Shown here in pieces: positions 1 through 10,915 of a DNA stretch of 64,000 nt. Made by a program: the position numbers and the translations under genes. Under the pieces are notes generated by a model. It was not told where the DNA came from and made no database searches. It saw only the letters and a list, made by a program, of their open reading frames with translations. The DNA is taken from contig OZ024760.1 in assembly GCA_964016885.1 (NCBI GenBank), forward strand, positions 496,001-560,000, written 5' to 3'. Each line of letters opens with the position of its first letter. The first letter of the stretch is position 1. The DNA comes from Eledone cirrhosa (taxonomy: Eukaryota).

Positions 1-837
1 GCACCCATACCCACTCCACGGAAATCAAAGACAGCAGCAGCAGTGGAAATATTAACAACAACAACAGCAATACCAAATGCAGCTGCAACAGAGACTCCAG
101 TGCAAACATCACCAACAACAACAAGTGAAAGAGTGGAGCTGGTACCCCTCCCCGACCTTACAGAATCAGACATGGAGTGTGAGGTGGGAGAGGGATGGCA
201 AAAGGTCTCAAGAAGGCACAAACGCAGAAGCAGCGCATCGTCGCCTTTGAAAAGGGAGGAAAGAAATGAGAAAAGGGTAAAGTCTACTGCAAAGAGACCC
301 ACAGCAGCAACACCACCAACACCATCACCACCCACACCAGCACCACCATCACCACCGGCGACAACCCCACCGCCAACAACACCTTCAACACCACCACCAC
401 AAGCACCAACATCGCAAACACAACAACAAAACACACACACCCAGCAACAACGACAAGAAAATAGCAGAACCACACCCCACCCCCAGAAAAACAAATGCAC
501 GGCAATAAACACACACAACAAGAAACTAATGACTTACATAATTGAACACACAGACATTTCACAACAGGACTACATAATACCAGCACCAATCAAAACGCCA
601 ACTAACATAAGACTGCTAAAAATAGCACAGAAACAATACACAAACATTAAAACGAAATTCCCCAACGCAGTTGGTGATTTCAGGGACCTAGGAGGAACCA
701 TTAATCGAAGAGTATATTCAGACATTCTCTTAGAAGAGCCGACGACCAGCCGAAGGGACGATTCAACGGTCCCTTCACCAGACGATCAAGTGAAAAGGGA
801 TGTAAAAACCATCCCTCCTCTACCAAAAATACGGTAA
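1..837 (+). CDS. ORF1 protein, C-terminal part (truncated by window edge)
   Basis: Same sequence as the C-terminus of ORF1 in copy 2 (Pro/Thr-rich region, basic RRHKRR motif). Confidence 0.85.
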   Translation, partial: APIPTPRKSKTAAAVEILTTTTAIPNAAATETPVQTSPTTTSERVELVPLPDLTESDMECEVGEGWQKVSRRHKRRSSASSPLKREERNEKRVKSTAKRPTAATPPTPSPPTPAPPSPPATTPPPTTPSTPPPQAPTSQTQQQNTHTQQQRQENSRTTPHPQKNKCTAINTHNKKLMTYIIEHTDISQQDYIIPAPIKTPTNIRLLKIAQKQYTNIKTKFPNAVGDFRDLGGTINRRVYSDILLEEPTTSRRDDSTVPSPDDQVKRDVKTIPPLPKIR

Positions 838-872
838 GTGGTCTTTCCCATCTTTTCCACTCTATTTTAAAC

Positions 873-3800
873 ATGACCTCACTCAGAATAGGCAGCATAA
901 ATGCGCGTGGCTTGGGGTCGTCATGGAAGCAGGGTCACCTGCTCAACGACCTCAGGTCACTAAACATAGATGTAGTGGCCATCAGCGAGACCAGAATCTC
1001 CGAAGCACGGGCCTTCGCACCGATCTTCGGCGGCTACGATGTGTACGCATCTCCCAGCCGTCCTGGATCGGGTGGAGGAGTTGCTGTGCTTTTTCGGAGA
1101 GGTTTGGATCTCGCCATACGGGCCATCTTCCTGGACCCAGAGGGTAAGCTGGTGGTGCTGGACGTGACCAGCGGAGACGGGCAAGCTTTCAGGCTAGTGG
1201 CCGTCTATGCCCCGACAGGAGCAGGGCGGCCTGATTTCTTCCGGCGTCTGGAGACCTTTCTTGGAACGTCGCGCTCTTTAGTGTTAGTGGGCGACTGGAA
1301 CGGGATCTTAGATGCACGCTGGGACTGTGTGGGATTAGCGGATAGGGGTGGAGGGTGCAAGAGCCTCACCAACCTGCTCAGGCGTTTTGAACTGTCTGAC
1401 AGGTACCGATTGGATTTCCCGAATGTGCCAATGTGGACTTGGACAAACCGCATAGGGTCATCCAGATCATATCTAGATAGAGTATTTTGTAGGGAAATAG
1501 ATAGGTCTAGCATAGGCTGTCCACAATTCAAGATAGTCAGCTACACGGACCACAAATTCGTGATCTGTGTGCTTGACTTAGATAGGCTTCATAGACGAGG
1601 ACCCGGCTACTGGAAGCTAAACGCGTCCTTACCAGCGCGCAAGGCCTACAGAGACCGGATTAGCGAACTAGTTAAGCGGGCGTTGACGGGGGCCATCGTC
1701 AACAACAAGTGGTGGTTTGCTCTGAAAAGAGCGATTAGAATAGAATCGATTAGGTTTAGTAAGGCTTTAGCAATAGAGAAAAATAGAGCAGAGGGAGAAC
1801 TAGTTAGAAAATTAGACGAGGCGCTTAGCAAAGGCATTGCGACCGACGTGCTTGCGGCGAAATTGGCCCTTGACCAATTCTTCAATGCAAAGCACGAAGG
1901 CTGCGTTGTCAGAGCTAGGGTGCGTGCTCTCAGACACGAGGGGACGAAAGCCGTTCAATGGGCCCGAGTGGCGGAGGCGCGTCGTGGCAACAAAGCCACG
2001 ATCCGGTCTTTGGTGGACCACGACGGGCGCATGCTACTCGATCCCGGGCAAATGTGTGAAGCTTTTCAGCGACACTTCGCTCAGCTGTTCGGGGGCAGCG
2101 GGGGGCCGGGTAGAGGGATGGACTTTAGTGTCTACCTCGACGGGCTGCCGCGGCTCTCGGCCACTGAGGCGAGGTGTTGCGAAAAGCCGATAACAGCCGC
2201 TGAAGTACGGGAGGCAATGACTGGCTGCACAAGGGGTAAATCGCCTGGTTTGGATGGTCTGCCCTATGAACTTTACGTACAGATGCCAGACTTGTTCGGA
2301 GGCCTCTTGGCGGACGTCTACTGCAACTGGCAACAGAACGGGAGAATTCCCAGTTCTGTGAGCCGAGGAGCGGTGGCACTGCTGAGAAAGGATCCGAACA
2401 AGGGGGATAACATAGACAATTTCCGGCCCATAACTCTGCTAAACACAGAGTTTAAGATTTTGGCCAAGGTGCTAGCAAAGAGGTTGGCGCTTGTCGTTGG
2501 TGGTCTGGTGGGAGAGGCGCAGACATGCGCCATTCCCGACAGATCCATCCACGACAACCTCCACCTCATGCGATACATCGTAGAGAGGGTAGCTAGGGAA
2601 CCTGGCACGGGTGGGTCCTTGATCAATTTAGATCAGTCGAAAGCTTTCGATAGGGTCGACCATCGTTACCTAGCGGCAGTCCTGAGGGCGGCTGGCTTTG
2701 GGCCCGTCTTCAGAGGCTGGATCGCTGCCATGCACAGCGACATCTGCTCTGTGGTGAGAGTGAACGGTCACCTGTCGGAACCGTTCAACATCATGCGCTC
2801 GGTCCGCCAAGGATGTCCCCTCTCGTCCCTCTTGTACGTATTGACTCTCGAGCCATTACTGCACAAACTGGAGACGTTGAGGGGAGTCCCGCGCGAACTA
2901 GGATGCGGAAGATCCGTGTCAGCATATGCGGACGATGTCACCGTAGTGGTGTCGAACGCCAAACACATCGAGGCGATCGGCACTACACTAAGAGAATACG
3001 AAGCGGTGACAGGAGCAATGATCAACCAGGAAAAGTCAGTGGGCCTGCAGCTCGGCACCTGGAGAGGCAGGTCCATGCCGTCCAACAGCGTCGTCGGGCG
3101 CTGGACGGACGGACCGGTTAAATTGCTAGGGGTCTGGTTCGGTCCGGACCTCCAGACGGACAAAAACTGGGACGAGGTGACGAGCAGGGTGGCTTCTCTC
3201 ACCCAGAAATGGGCGGAGAGGAAGCTATCCCTGAAAGGTCGAGCGGAGGTGGCTAACGCGTACATCGCGTCTGTCATCTGCTACCGCCTAACCGTCGTAC
3301 CTTGTCCTAAGCCTCGCCTGACTGCGCTGGAGCGTTTGCTCTTTCGCTTTTTGTGGAAGGGACGTGCTCCGATGGTCAGGCGGTCCATCTGTTGTCAACA
3401 CCCGCTACGTGGAGGGCTGGGCATGCCGTGGCTGATGATGCGCAGGCACGCGCTCAGGCTACGACATCTCCACCTCTTCCTCGACGGTGATCAGGTGTGG
3501 TCGCCGTTTGCTAGACGCGTTTTTCCCCAGCTCGTTTCCTTGACGGAGCTGCAGTCCTGGGTCAAGCGAAGACCGAGAGGGAGCGCCTGGAGACTGGAAT
3601 GTCTTCAGGCGCTCACAGCCCTCGACCAATCGGGCAATGTGATCGGTGGAAACTCCACCTCGGCGTTCTATAGAGGATTAGTGGAGGGGAAGAGCGACGA
3701 CGTACTTGGGGAAACTCTAGGCGTCGACGAAAATCAACTAGCCAATCTCTTCGGAAGAACTTTCGGGCCAGGGCCTATGGACAACTTCCAGAAATCTCTG

Positions 3801-4292
3801 GCCTGGCAGTGCTACCGAGGAGCCTTGCCAGTTCGGGATAAACTCTACAGGCATGGAGGTGCCGTCAGCCGGGCATGTCCGAGATGCGCGCAGGGCGACG
3901 AAACCGTCCTGCACGCACTCGTCCAGTGTCCGAAAATTGCTGACTTGTGGGTTTATGTCGAACACCTGCTGTCGCGTTTAGGACGGATCCAGCTATCATC
4001 TGAGTCTATCGTGAGGATTGCCCCGCCCTCCTCCTTTAGCCGGGAAGGGCAGGCAGTTTTTATCTGTCTGGTGGCCATGGCGAAAGAGATAGTATGGTGG
4101 ACACGTTTGAAAGGGCTGAAGACGAGCACTTACCTCTTCGGTGATGCTCTGATTGACTTTTTCAAATTTCATTTGAAAAGGAAAATCAGAGTAGAAAAGG
4201 AAGTGCTCTCTTCCCAGCATTTTGTTGAAAGATGGGTGAGAGAAGCAAGAATGGCCCGAGTGAATGGGCCGACTCTGAGTATATATCTGTAA
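873..4292 (+). CDS. ORF2: APE endonuclease + reverse transcriptase + C-terminal zinc finger (Tx1-like pol), 1139 aa
   Basis: APE motifs SINARGL, ISETR, GDWN, YLDRVF, TDH; RT motifs PGLDGLP, FRPITLLN, DQSKAFDRV, RQGCPLS, YADD; CPRC...H...C. Confidence 0.96.
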   Translation: MTSLRIGSINARGLGSSWKQGHLLNDLRSLNIDVVAISETRISEARAFAPIFGGYDVYASPSRPGSGGGVAVLFRRGLDLAIRAIFLDPEGKLVVLDVTSGDGQAFRLVAVYAPTGAGRPDFFRRLETFLGTSRSLVLVGDWNGILDARWDCVGLADRGGGCKSLTNLLRRFELSDRYRLDFPNVPMWTWTNRIGSSRSYLDRVFCREIDRSSIGCPQFKIVSYTDHKFVICVLDLDRLHRRGPGYWKLNASLPARKAYRDRISELVKRALTGAIVNNKWWFALKRAIRIESIRFSKALAIEKNRAEGELVRKLDEALSKGIATDVLAAKLALDQFFNAKHEGCVVRARVRALRHEGTKAVQWARVAEARRGNKATIRSLVDHDGRMLLDPGQMCEAFQRHFAQLFGGSGGPGRGMDFSVYLDGLPRLSATEARCCEKPITAAEVREAMTGCTRGKSPGLDGLPYELYVQMPDLFGGLLADVYCNWQQNGRIPSSVSRGAVALLRKDPNKGDNIDNFRPITLLNTEFKILAKVLAKRLALVVGGLVGEAQTCAIPDRSIHDNLHLMRYIVERVAREPGTGGSLINLDQSKAFDRVDHRYLAAVLRAAGFGPVFRGWIAAMHSDICSVVRVNGHLSEPFNIMRSVRQGCPLSSLLYVLTLEPLLHKLETLRGVPRELGCGRSVSAYADDVTVVVSNAKHIEAIGTTLREYEAVTGAMINQEKSVGLQLGTWRGRSMPSNSVVGRWTDGPVKLLGVWFGPDLQTDKNWDEVTSRVASLTQKWAERKLSLKGRAEVANAYIASVICYRLTVVPCPKPRLTALERLLFRFLWKGRAPMVRRSICCQHPLRGGLGMPWLMMRRHALRLRHLHLFLDGDQVWSPFARRVFPQLVSLTELQSWVKRRPRGSAWRLECLQALTALDQSGNVIGGNSTSAFYRGLVEGKSDDVLGETLGVDENQLANLFGRTFGPGPMDNFQKSLAWQCYRGALPVRDKLYRHGGAVSRACPRCAQGDETVLHALVQCPKIADLWVYVEHLLSRLGRIQLSSESIVRIAPPSSFSREGQAVFICLVAMAKEIVWWTRLKGLKTSTYLFGDALIDFFKFHLKRKIRVEKEVLSSQHFVERWVREARMARVNGPTLSIYL

Positions 4293-4552
4293 ACTAAAGG
4301 TGGAAAACTGGGAGAGGGCACTTGCCTTGGTGGTCAGGGTCATTGTGGCTTTTTACTGGGCTTTCTCCACAAATGTCCCTCCGAAGTCTCCCCCCTATTG
4401 GGGAATTTTTCATTGTTATTTTCATTGTTATTTTTGTTACATCCTCTGTTTTTGTTTTTTTACACGCAGAAATGCCCATTTGTACCGTCCTGCATTGTCC
4501 TGCACTGTCCTTAATGTCTACTTTATGTAAACCCTTGTGGTTAATAAAGAAA

Positions 4553-4554
<2 letters not shown>

Positions 4555-4590
<36 letters not shown>
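4555..4590 (+). repeat. (ATT)n spacer between copies 1 and 2
   Basis: Pure ATT triplet run. Confidence 0.95.
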
Positions 4591-4803
4591 GAATGCCATG
4601 GTTGACGGAGGCTCGGCTCTGTAAGGTATAGTAATTTCTAACCGTTAAAACAATTGTAAATTGTTTAAAACTTGAACCAAATTGTTGATAAAGACACCCT
4701 CCTCCTCGTGAGAGGGGTCTTTCTGTCCGTTATTTGGCCCTTCGGGGTTAAATAACCAGTTATTGGGGTTTTGTACCCAAAATTTCATTTTAAACAAAAA
4801 AAC

Positions 4804-6903
4804 ATGGCTACCAAAAAAAAAAAATTTCATACGTCACTCCCACTCATTCCGTCTTCTTCTTCCTCAATCATCACTACAGGAGAGAGAAGATTGTCTCTCT
4901 CCCTCCCTTCTTTAAATGTGTCTCTCTCCCTACCTTCTCTTTCGCAAGCGACGAAAGAAAAGAAAAGTCTCGTGCAAAGCGTGCAAGGTTTCTCCACGAC
5001 GACGACGACAGCGACGAAACAGGTGTGCGGGAAATACGAAAACCCAGTTCATTCGTCTGACGTCAGGAATAATAGCAGTAGCAGCCGTAATAACAACAGC
5101 AACAGTGACAATGAAAACAACAGTAGCAGCCGCAACAGCATCACCAGCAGCATAAACAACAACAGCATTAGCAGCAGCAACACCAACAACAACCACAGCA
5201 ACAGCGGCGGAGGCAGTAGTCGTAGTACCTGCAGCAACAACAAAAGTACCAGCAGCTCTGACGACAACAACAACAGCAGAGAAAAACCAATCTCATTTGC
5301 AGGTATTGCGAAAAACCTGGAAACAATCCTCATAACAAATGAGGAATTAGAGGAAGCGAAGAAGATGGTGACAAAGAACGGACACCGAGCAATCTGCAAG
5401 GCAGCGAAAAATTTTTTCGAAACCCAAGAGCACTGTACGGTCACGTACCGTACAGTAAGTACAAAATCCCGTAGGGTGGAAAGAGCCACAGAGGCCCAAA
5501 TACAAAAAGCCTTGGGGTCTGTGTGGCAGAGGAAAACGCACATCACCCGAGGCAAAAAATACGCCACCGTAGACGTACTTTTTGCCACACCCCAGGAGGC
5601 AAAGGCCCAATCAGTAGTGACCCTAAGGAGCGAGGAAATGGTGTTGGTGCCCTCCTACTGCGGGCAAAAAATTGTGAGGGTCAAACTGACCCACGTCCCC
5701 CCCGGAATGACCCCTTCTTGGCTGGCCGCGTCTGTCCTCGTCGGAATCGAGGACAAAACAACTGTACTGCAAGTACAGAAAAAAGTAAGAGAAGATTGGG
5801 TCGGCTCCTCCATTGAGATGCTAATCCAAACCAACCAGGAGTGCATCGAAGCTATCCCGGATGTGATAGACTTCGATAACGGCACTCAACTGCCCATAAG
5901 TGTTGAGGGCAAACGCCCGAAATGCTTTCGCTGTGGATCGAAGACTCACCTCAGGGCCTTCTGCAACGAGAAGACCCTGAGAAAGGAGAAAACCCCCCTC
6001 CTCCCGAATCCGGTTCCACGGCTACCAGCAACAGGACAAGCGGCAACCAGGAACGATAGGTCCGTGGCACCCATACCCACTCCACGGAAATCAAAGACAG
6101 CAGCAGCAGTGGAAATATTAACAACAACAACAGCAATACCAAATGCAGCTGCAACAGAGACTCCAGTGCAAACATCACCAACAACAACAAGTGAAAGAGT
6201 GGAGCTGGTACCCCTCCCCGACCTTACAGAATCAGACATGGAGTGTGAGGTGGGAGAGGGATGGCAAAAGGTCTCAAGAAGGCACAAACGCAGAAGCAGC
6301 GCATCGTCGCCTTTGAAAAGGGAGGAAAGAAATGAGAAAAGGGTAAAGTCTACTGCAAAGAGACCCACAGCAGCAACACCACCAACACCATCACCACCCA
6401 CACCAGCACCACCATCACCACCGGCGACAACCCCACCGCCAACAACACCTTCAACACCACCACCACAAGCACCAACATCGCAAACACAACAACAAAACAC
6501 ACACACCCAGCAACAACGACAAGAAAATAGCAGAACCACACCCCACCCCCAGAAAAACAAATGCACGGCAATAAACACACACAACAAGAAACTAATGACT
6601 TACATAATTGAACACACAGACATTTCACAACAGGACTACATAATACCAGCACCAATCAAAACGCCAACTAACATAAGACTGCTAAAAATAGCACAGAAAC
6701 AATACACAAACATTAAAACGAAATTCCCCAACGCAGTTGGTGATTTCAGGGACCTAGGAGGAACCATTAATCGAAGAGTATATTCAGACATTCTCTTAGA
6801 AGAGCCGACGACCAGCCGAAGGGACGATTCAACGGTCCCTTCACCAGACGATCAAGTGAAAAGGGATGTAAAAACCATCCCTCCTCTACCAAAAATACGG
6901 TAA
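4804..6903 (+). CDS. ORF1 gag-like nucleic-acid-binding protein (about 699 aa from first ATG)
   Basis: CX2CX4HX4C knuckle CFRCGSKTHLRAFC preceded by an RRM-like region (VDVLF..., VRVKLTHVPP); N/S-rich and P/T-rich linkers; ORF track starts at an upstream TTG, first ATG is at 4804. Confidence 0.88.
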   Translation: MATKKKKFHTSLPLIPSSSSSIITTGERRLSLSLPSLNVSLSLPSLSQATKEKKSLVQSVQGFSTTTTTATKQVCGKYENPVHSSDVRNNSSSSRNNNSNSDNENNSSSRNSITSSINNNSISSSNTNNNHSNSGGGSSRSTCSNNKSTSSSDDNNNSREKPISFAGIAKNLETILITNEELEEAKKMVTKNGHRAICKAAKNFFETQEHCTVTYRTVSTKSRRVERATEAQIQKALGSVWQRKTHITRGKKYATVDVLFATPQEAKAQSVVTLRSEEMVLVPSYCGQKIVRVKLTHVPPGMTPSWLAASVLVGIEDKTTVLQVQKKVREDWVGSSIEMLIQTNQECIEAIPDVIDFDNGTQLPISVEGKRPKCFRCGSKTHLRAFCNEKTLRKEKTPLLPNPVPRLPATGQAATRNDRSVAPIPTPRKSKTAAAVEILTTTTAIPNAAATETPVQTSPTTTSERVELVPLPDLTESDMECEVGEGWQKVSRRHKRRSSASSPLKREERNEKRVKSTAKRPTAATPPTPSPPTPAPPSPPATTPPPTTPSTPPPQAPTSQTQQQNTHTQQQRQENSRTTPHPQKNKCTAINTHNKKLMTYIIEHTDISQQDYIIPAPIKTPTNIRLLKIAQKQYTNIKTKFPNAVGDFRDLGGTINRRVYSDILLEEPTTSRRDDSTVPSPDDQVKRDVKTIPPLPKIR

Positions 6904-6938
6904 GTGGTCTTTCCCATCTTTTCCACTCTATTTTAAAC

Positions 6939-9900
6939 ATGACCTCACTCAGAATAGGCAGCATAAATGCGCGTGGCTTGGGGTCGTCATGGAAGCAGGG
7001 TCACCTGCTCAACGACCTCAGGTCACTAAACATAGATGTAGTGGCCATCAGCGAGACCAGAATCTCCGAAGCACGGGCCTTCGCACCGATCTTCGGCGGC
7101 TACGATGTGTACGCATCTCCCAGCCGTCCTGGATCGGGTGGAGGAGTTGCTGTGCTTTTTCGGAGAGGTTTGGATCTCGCCATACGGGCCATCTTCCTGG
7201 ACCCAGAGGGTAAGCTGGTGGTGCTGGACGTGACCAGCGGAGACGGGCAAGCTTTCAGGCTAGTGGCCGTCTATGCCCCGACAGGAGCAGGGCGGCCTGA
7301 TTTCTTCCGGCGTCTGGAGACCTTTCTTGGAACGTCGCGCTCTTTAGTGTTAGTGGGCGACTGGAACGGGATCTTAGATGCACGCTGGGACTGTGTGGGA
7401 TTAGCGGATAGGGGTGGAGGGTGCAAGAGCCTCACCAACCTGCTCAGGCGTTTTGAACTGTCTGACAGGTACCGATTGGATTTCCCGAATGTGCCAATGT
7501 GGACTTGGACAAACCGCATAGGGTCATCCAGATCATATCTAGATAGAGTATTTTGTAGGGAAATAGATAGGTCTAGCATAGGCTGTCCACAATTCAAGAT
7601 AGTCAGCTACACGGACCACAAATTCGTGATCTGTGTGCTTGACTTAGATAGGCTTCATAGACGAGGACCCGGCTACTGGAAGCTAAACGCGTCCTTACCA
7701 GCGCGCAAGGCCTACAGAGACCGGATTAGCGAACTAGTTAAGCGGGCGTTGACGGGGGCCATCGTCAACAACAAGTGGTGGTTTGCTCTGAAAAGAGCGA
7801 TTAGAATAGAATCGATTAGGTTTAGTAAGGCTTTAGCAATAGAGAAAAATAGAGCAGAGGGAGAACTAGTTAGAAAATTAGACGAGGCGCTTAGCAAAGG
7901 CATTGCGACCGACGTGCTTGCGGCGAAATTGGCCCTTGACCAATTCTTCAATGCAAAGCACGAAGGCTGCGTTGTCAGAGCTAGGGTGCGTGCTCTCAGA
8001 CACGAGGGGACGAAAGCCGTTCAATGGGCCCGAGTGGCGGAGGCGCGTCGTGGCAACAAAGCCACGATCCGGTCTTTGGTGGACCACGACGGGCGCATGC
8101 TACTCGATCCCGGGCAAATGTGTGAAGCTTTTCAGCGACACTTCGCTCAGCTGTTCGGGGGCAGCGGGGGGCCGGGTAGAGGGATGGACTTTAGTGTCTA
8201 CCTCGACGGACTGCCGCGGCTCTCGGCCACTGAGGCGAAGTGTTGCGAAAAGCCGATAACAGCCGCTGAAGTAAGGGAGGCAATGACTGGCTGCACAAGG
8301 GGTAAATCGCCTGGTTTGGATGGTCTGCCCTATGAACTTTACGTACAGATGCCAGACTTGTTCGGAGGCCTCTTGGCGGACGTCTACTGCAACTGGCAAC
8401 AGAACGGGAGAATTCCCAGTTCTGTGAGCCGAGGAGCGGTGGCACTGCTGAGAAAGGATCCGAACAAGGGGGATAACATAGACAATTTCCGGCCCATAAC
8501 TCTGCTAAACACAGAGTTTAAGATTTTGGCCAAGGTGCTAGCAAAGAGGTTGGCGCTTGTCGTTGGTGGTCTGCTGGGAGAGGCGCAGACATGCGCCATT
8601 CCCGACAGATCCATCCACGACAACCTCCACCTCATGCGATACATCGTAGAGAGGGTAGCTAGGGAACCTGGCACGGGTGGGTCCTTGATCAATTTAGATC
8701 AGTCGAAAGCTTTCGATAGGGTCGACCATCGTTACCTAGCGGCAGTCCTGAGGGCGGCTGGCTTTGGGCCCGTCTTCAGAGGCTGGATCGCTGCCATGCA
8801 CAGCGACATCTGCTCTGTGGTGAGAGTGAACGGTCACCTGTCGGAACCGTTCAACATCATGCGCTCGGTCCGCCAAGGATGTCCCCTCTCGTCCCTCTTG
8901 TACGTATTGACTCTCGAGCCATTACTGCACAAACTGGAGACGTTGAGGGGAGTCCCGCGCGAACTAGGATGCGGAAGATCCGTGTCAGCATATGCGGACG
9001 ATGTCACCGTAGTGGTGTCGAACGCCAAACACATCGAGGCGATCGGCACTACACTAAGAGAATACGAAGCGGTGACAGGAGCAATGATCAACCAGGAAAA
9101 GTCAGTGGGCCTGCAGCTCGGCACCTGGAGAGGCAGGTCCATGCCGTCCAACAGCGTCGTCGGGCGCTGGACGGACGGACCGGTTAAATTGCTAGGGGTC
9201 TGGTTCGGTCCGGACCTCCAGACGGACAAAAACTGGGACGAGGTGACGAGCAGGGTGGCTTCTCTCACCCAGAAATGGGCGGAGAGGAAGCTATCCCTGA
9301 AAGGTCGAGCGGAGGTGGCTAACGCGTACATCGCGTCTGTCATCTGCTACCGCCTAACCGTCGTACCTTGTCCTAAGCCTCGCCTGACTGCGCTGGAGCG
9401 TTTGCTCTTTCGCTTTTTGTGGAAGGGACGTGCTCCGATGGTCAGGCGGTCCATCTGTTGTCAACACCCGCTACGTGGAGGGCTGGGCATGCCGTGGCTG
9501 ATGATGCGCAGGCACGCGCTCAGGCTACGACATCTCCACCTCTTCCTCGACGGTGATCAGGTGTGGTCGCCGTTTGCTAGACGCGTTTTTCCCCAGCTCG
9601 TTTCCTTGACGGAGCTGCAGTCCTGGGTCAAGCGAAGACCGAGAGGGAGCGCCTGGAGACTGGAATGTCTTCAGGCGCTCACAGCCCTCGACCAATCGGG
9701 CAATGTGATCGGTGGAAACTCCACCTCGGCGTTCTATAGAGGATTAGTGGAGGGGAAGAGCGACGACGTACTTGGGGAAACTCTAGGCGTCGACGAAAAT
9801 CAACTAGCCAATCTCTTCGGAAGAACTTTCGGGCCAGGGCCTATGGACAACTTCCAGAAATCTCTGGCCTGGCAGTGCTACCGAGGAGCCTTGCCAGTTC

Positions 9901-10358
9901 GGGATAAACTCTACAGGCATGGAGGTGCCGTCAGCCGGGCATGTCCGAGATGCGCGCAGGGCGACGAAACCGTCCTGCACGCACTCGTCCAGTGTCCGAA
10001 AATTGCTGACTTGTGGGTTTATGTCGAACACCTGCTGTCGCGTTTAGGACGGATCCAGTTATCATCTGAGTCTATCGTGAGGATTGCCCCGCCCTCCTCC
10101 TTTAGCCGGGAAGGGCAGGCAGTTTTTATCTGTCTGGTGGCCATGGCGAAAGAGATAGTATGGTGGACACGTTTGAAAGGGCTGAAGACGAGCACTTACC
10201 TCTTCGGTGATGCTCTGATTGACTTTTTCAAATTTCATTTGAAAAGGAAAATCAGAGTAGAGAAGGAAGTGCTCTCTTCCCAGCATTTTGTTGAAAGATG
10301 GGTGAGAGAAGCAAGAATGGCCCGAGTGAATGGGCCGACTCTGAGTATATATCTGTAA
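6939..10358 (+). CDS. ORF2 APE-RT-zinc finger, 1139 aa
   Basis: Same motifs as copy 1, intact. Confidence 0.96.
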   Translation: MTSLRIGSINARGLGSSWKQGHLLNDLRSLNIDVVAISETRISEARAFAPIFGGYDVYASPSRPGSGGGVAVLFRRGLDLAIRAIFLDPEGKLVVLDVTSGDGQAFRLVAVYAPTGAGRPDFFRRLETFLGTSRSLVLVGDWNGILDARWDCVGLADRGGGCKSLTNLLRRFELSDRYRLDFPNVPMWTWTNRIGSSRSYLDRVFCREIDRSSIGCPQFKIVSYTDHKFVICVLDLDRLHRRGPGYWKLNASLPARKAYRDRISELVKRALTGAIVNNKWWFALKRAIRIESIRFSKALAIEKNRAEGELVRKLDEALSKGIATDVLAAKLALDQFFNAKHEGCVVRARVRALRHEGTKAVQWARVAEARRGNKATIRSLVDHDGRMLLDPGQMCEAFQRHFAQLFGGSGGPGRGMDFSVYLDGLPRLSATEAKCCEKPITAAEVREAMTGCTRGKSPGLDGLPYELYVQMPDLFGGLLADVYCNWQQNGRIPSSVSRGAVALLRKDPNKGDNIDNFRPITLLNTEFKILAKVLAKRLALVVGGLLGEAQTCAIPDRSIHDNLHLMRYIVERVAREPGTGGSLINLDQSKAFDRVDHRYLAAVLRAAGFGPVFRGWIAAMHSDICSVVRVNGHLSEPFNIMRSVRQGCPLSSLLYVLTLEPLLHKLETLRGVPRELGCGRSVSAYADDVTVVVSNAKHIEAIGTTLREYEAVTGAMINQEKSVGLQLGTWRGRSMPSNSVVGRWTDGPVKLLGVWFGPDLQTDKNWDEVTSRVASLTQKWAERKLSLKGRAEVANAYIASVICYRLTVVPCPKPRLTALERLLFRFLWKGRAPMVRRSICCQHPLRGGLGMPWLMMRRHALRLRHLHLFLDGDQVWSPFARRVFPQLVSLTELQSWVKRRPRGSAWRLECLQALTALDQSGNVIGGNSTSAFYRGLVEGKSDDVLGETLGVDENQLANLFGRTFGPGPMDNFQKSLAWQCYRGALPVRDKLYRHGGAVSRACPRCAQGDETVLHALVQCPKIADLWVYVEHLLSRLGRIQLSSESIVRIAPPSSFSREGQAVFICLVAMAKEIVWWTRLKGLKTSTYLFGDALIDFFKFHLKRKIRVEKEVLSSQHFVERWVREARMARVNGPTLSIYL

Positions 10359-10618
10359 ACTAAAGGTGGAAAACTGGGAGAGGGCACTTGCCTTGGTGGT
10401 CAGGGTCATTGTGGCTTTTTACTGGGCTTTCTCCACAAATGTCCCTCCGAAGTCTCCCCCCTATTGGGGAATTTTTCATTGTTATTTTCATTGTTATTTT
10501 TGTTACATCCTCTGTTTTTGTTTTTTTACACGCAGAAATGCCCATTTGTACCGTCCTGCATTGTCCTGCACTGTCCTTAATGTCTACTTTATGTAAACCC
10601 TTGTGGTTAATAAAGAAA

Positions 10619-10620
<2 letters not shown>

Positions 10621-10701
<81 letters not shown>

Positions 10702-10702
10702 T
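10621..10702 (+). repeat. Interrupted (ATT)n spacer, copies 2/3
   Basis: ATT run containing the interruption atttttattattaatgtt. Confidence 0.95.
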
Positions 10703-10915
10703 GAATGCCATGGTTGACGGAGGCTCGGCTCTGTAAGGTATAGTAATTTTTAACCGTTAAAACAATTGTAAATTGTTTAAAACTTGAACCAAATTGTTGA
10801 TAAAGACACCCTCCTCCTCGTGAGAGGGGTCTTTCTGTCCGTTATTTGGCCCTTCGGGGTTAAATAACCAGTTATTGGGGTTTTGTACCCAAAATTTCAT
10901 TTTAAACAAAAAAAC

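Larger units (their letters stand above)
1..4554 (+). mobile_element. Tx1/L1-group non-LTR retrotransposon, copy 1 (5' part outside window)
   Basis: ORF1 C-terminus plus complete ORF2; 3' UTR with AATAAA ends at ...gaaatc followed by (ATT)n; near-identical to copies 2-4. Confidence 0.93.
4591..10620 (+). mobile_element. Tx1/L1-group LINE, full-length copy 2
   Basis: Starts gaatgccatgg; about 210-nt 5' UTR, ORF1, 35-nt spacer, ORF2, 3' UTR with AATAAA, then (ATT)n. Confidence 0.95.

Noticed and set aside
4300-4624. Short ORFs in the Tx1 3' UTR and antisense ORFs within ORF1/ORF2
   Set aside because: Non-ATG starts, read into (ATT)n, and one is frameshifted in copy 3; recurrence only reflects copy identity
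4690-4760. HDV-like ribozyme in the Tx1 5' UTR (ctcctcgt loop)
   Set aside because: Folds as a simple hairpin; no P1.1 GG, nested P1/P2 or catalytic-C junction could be assigned
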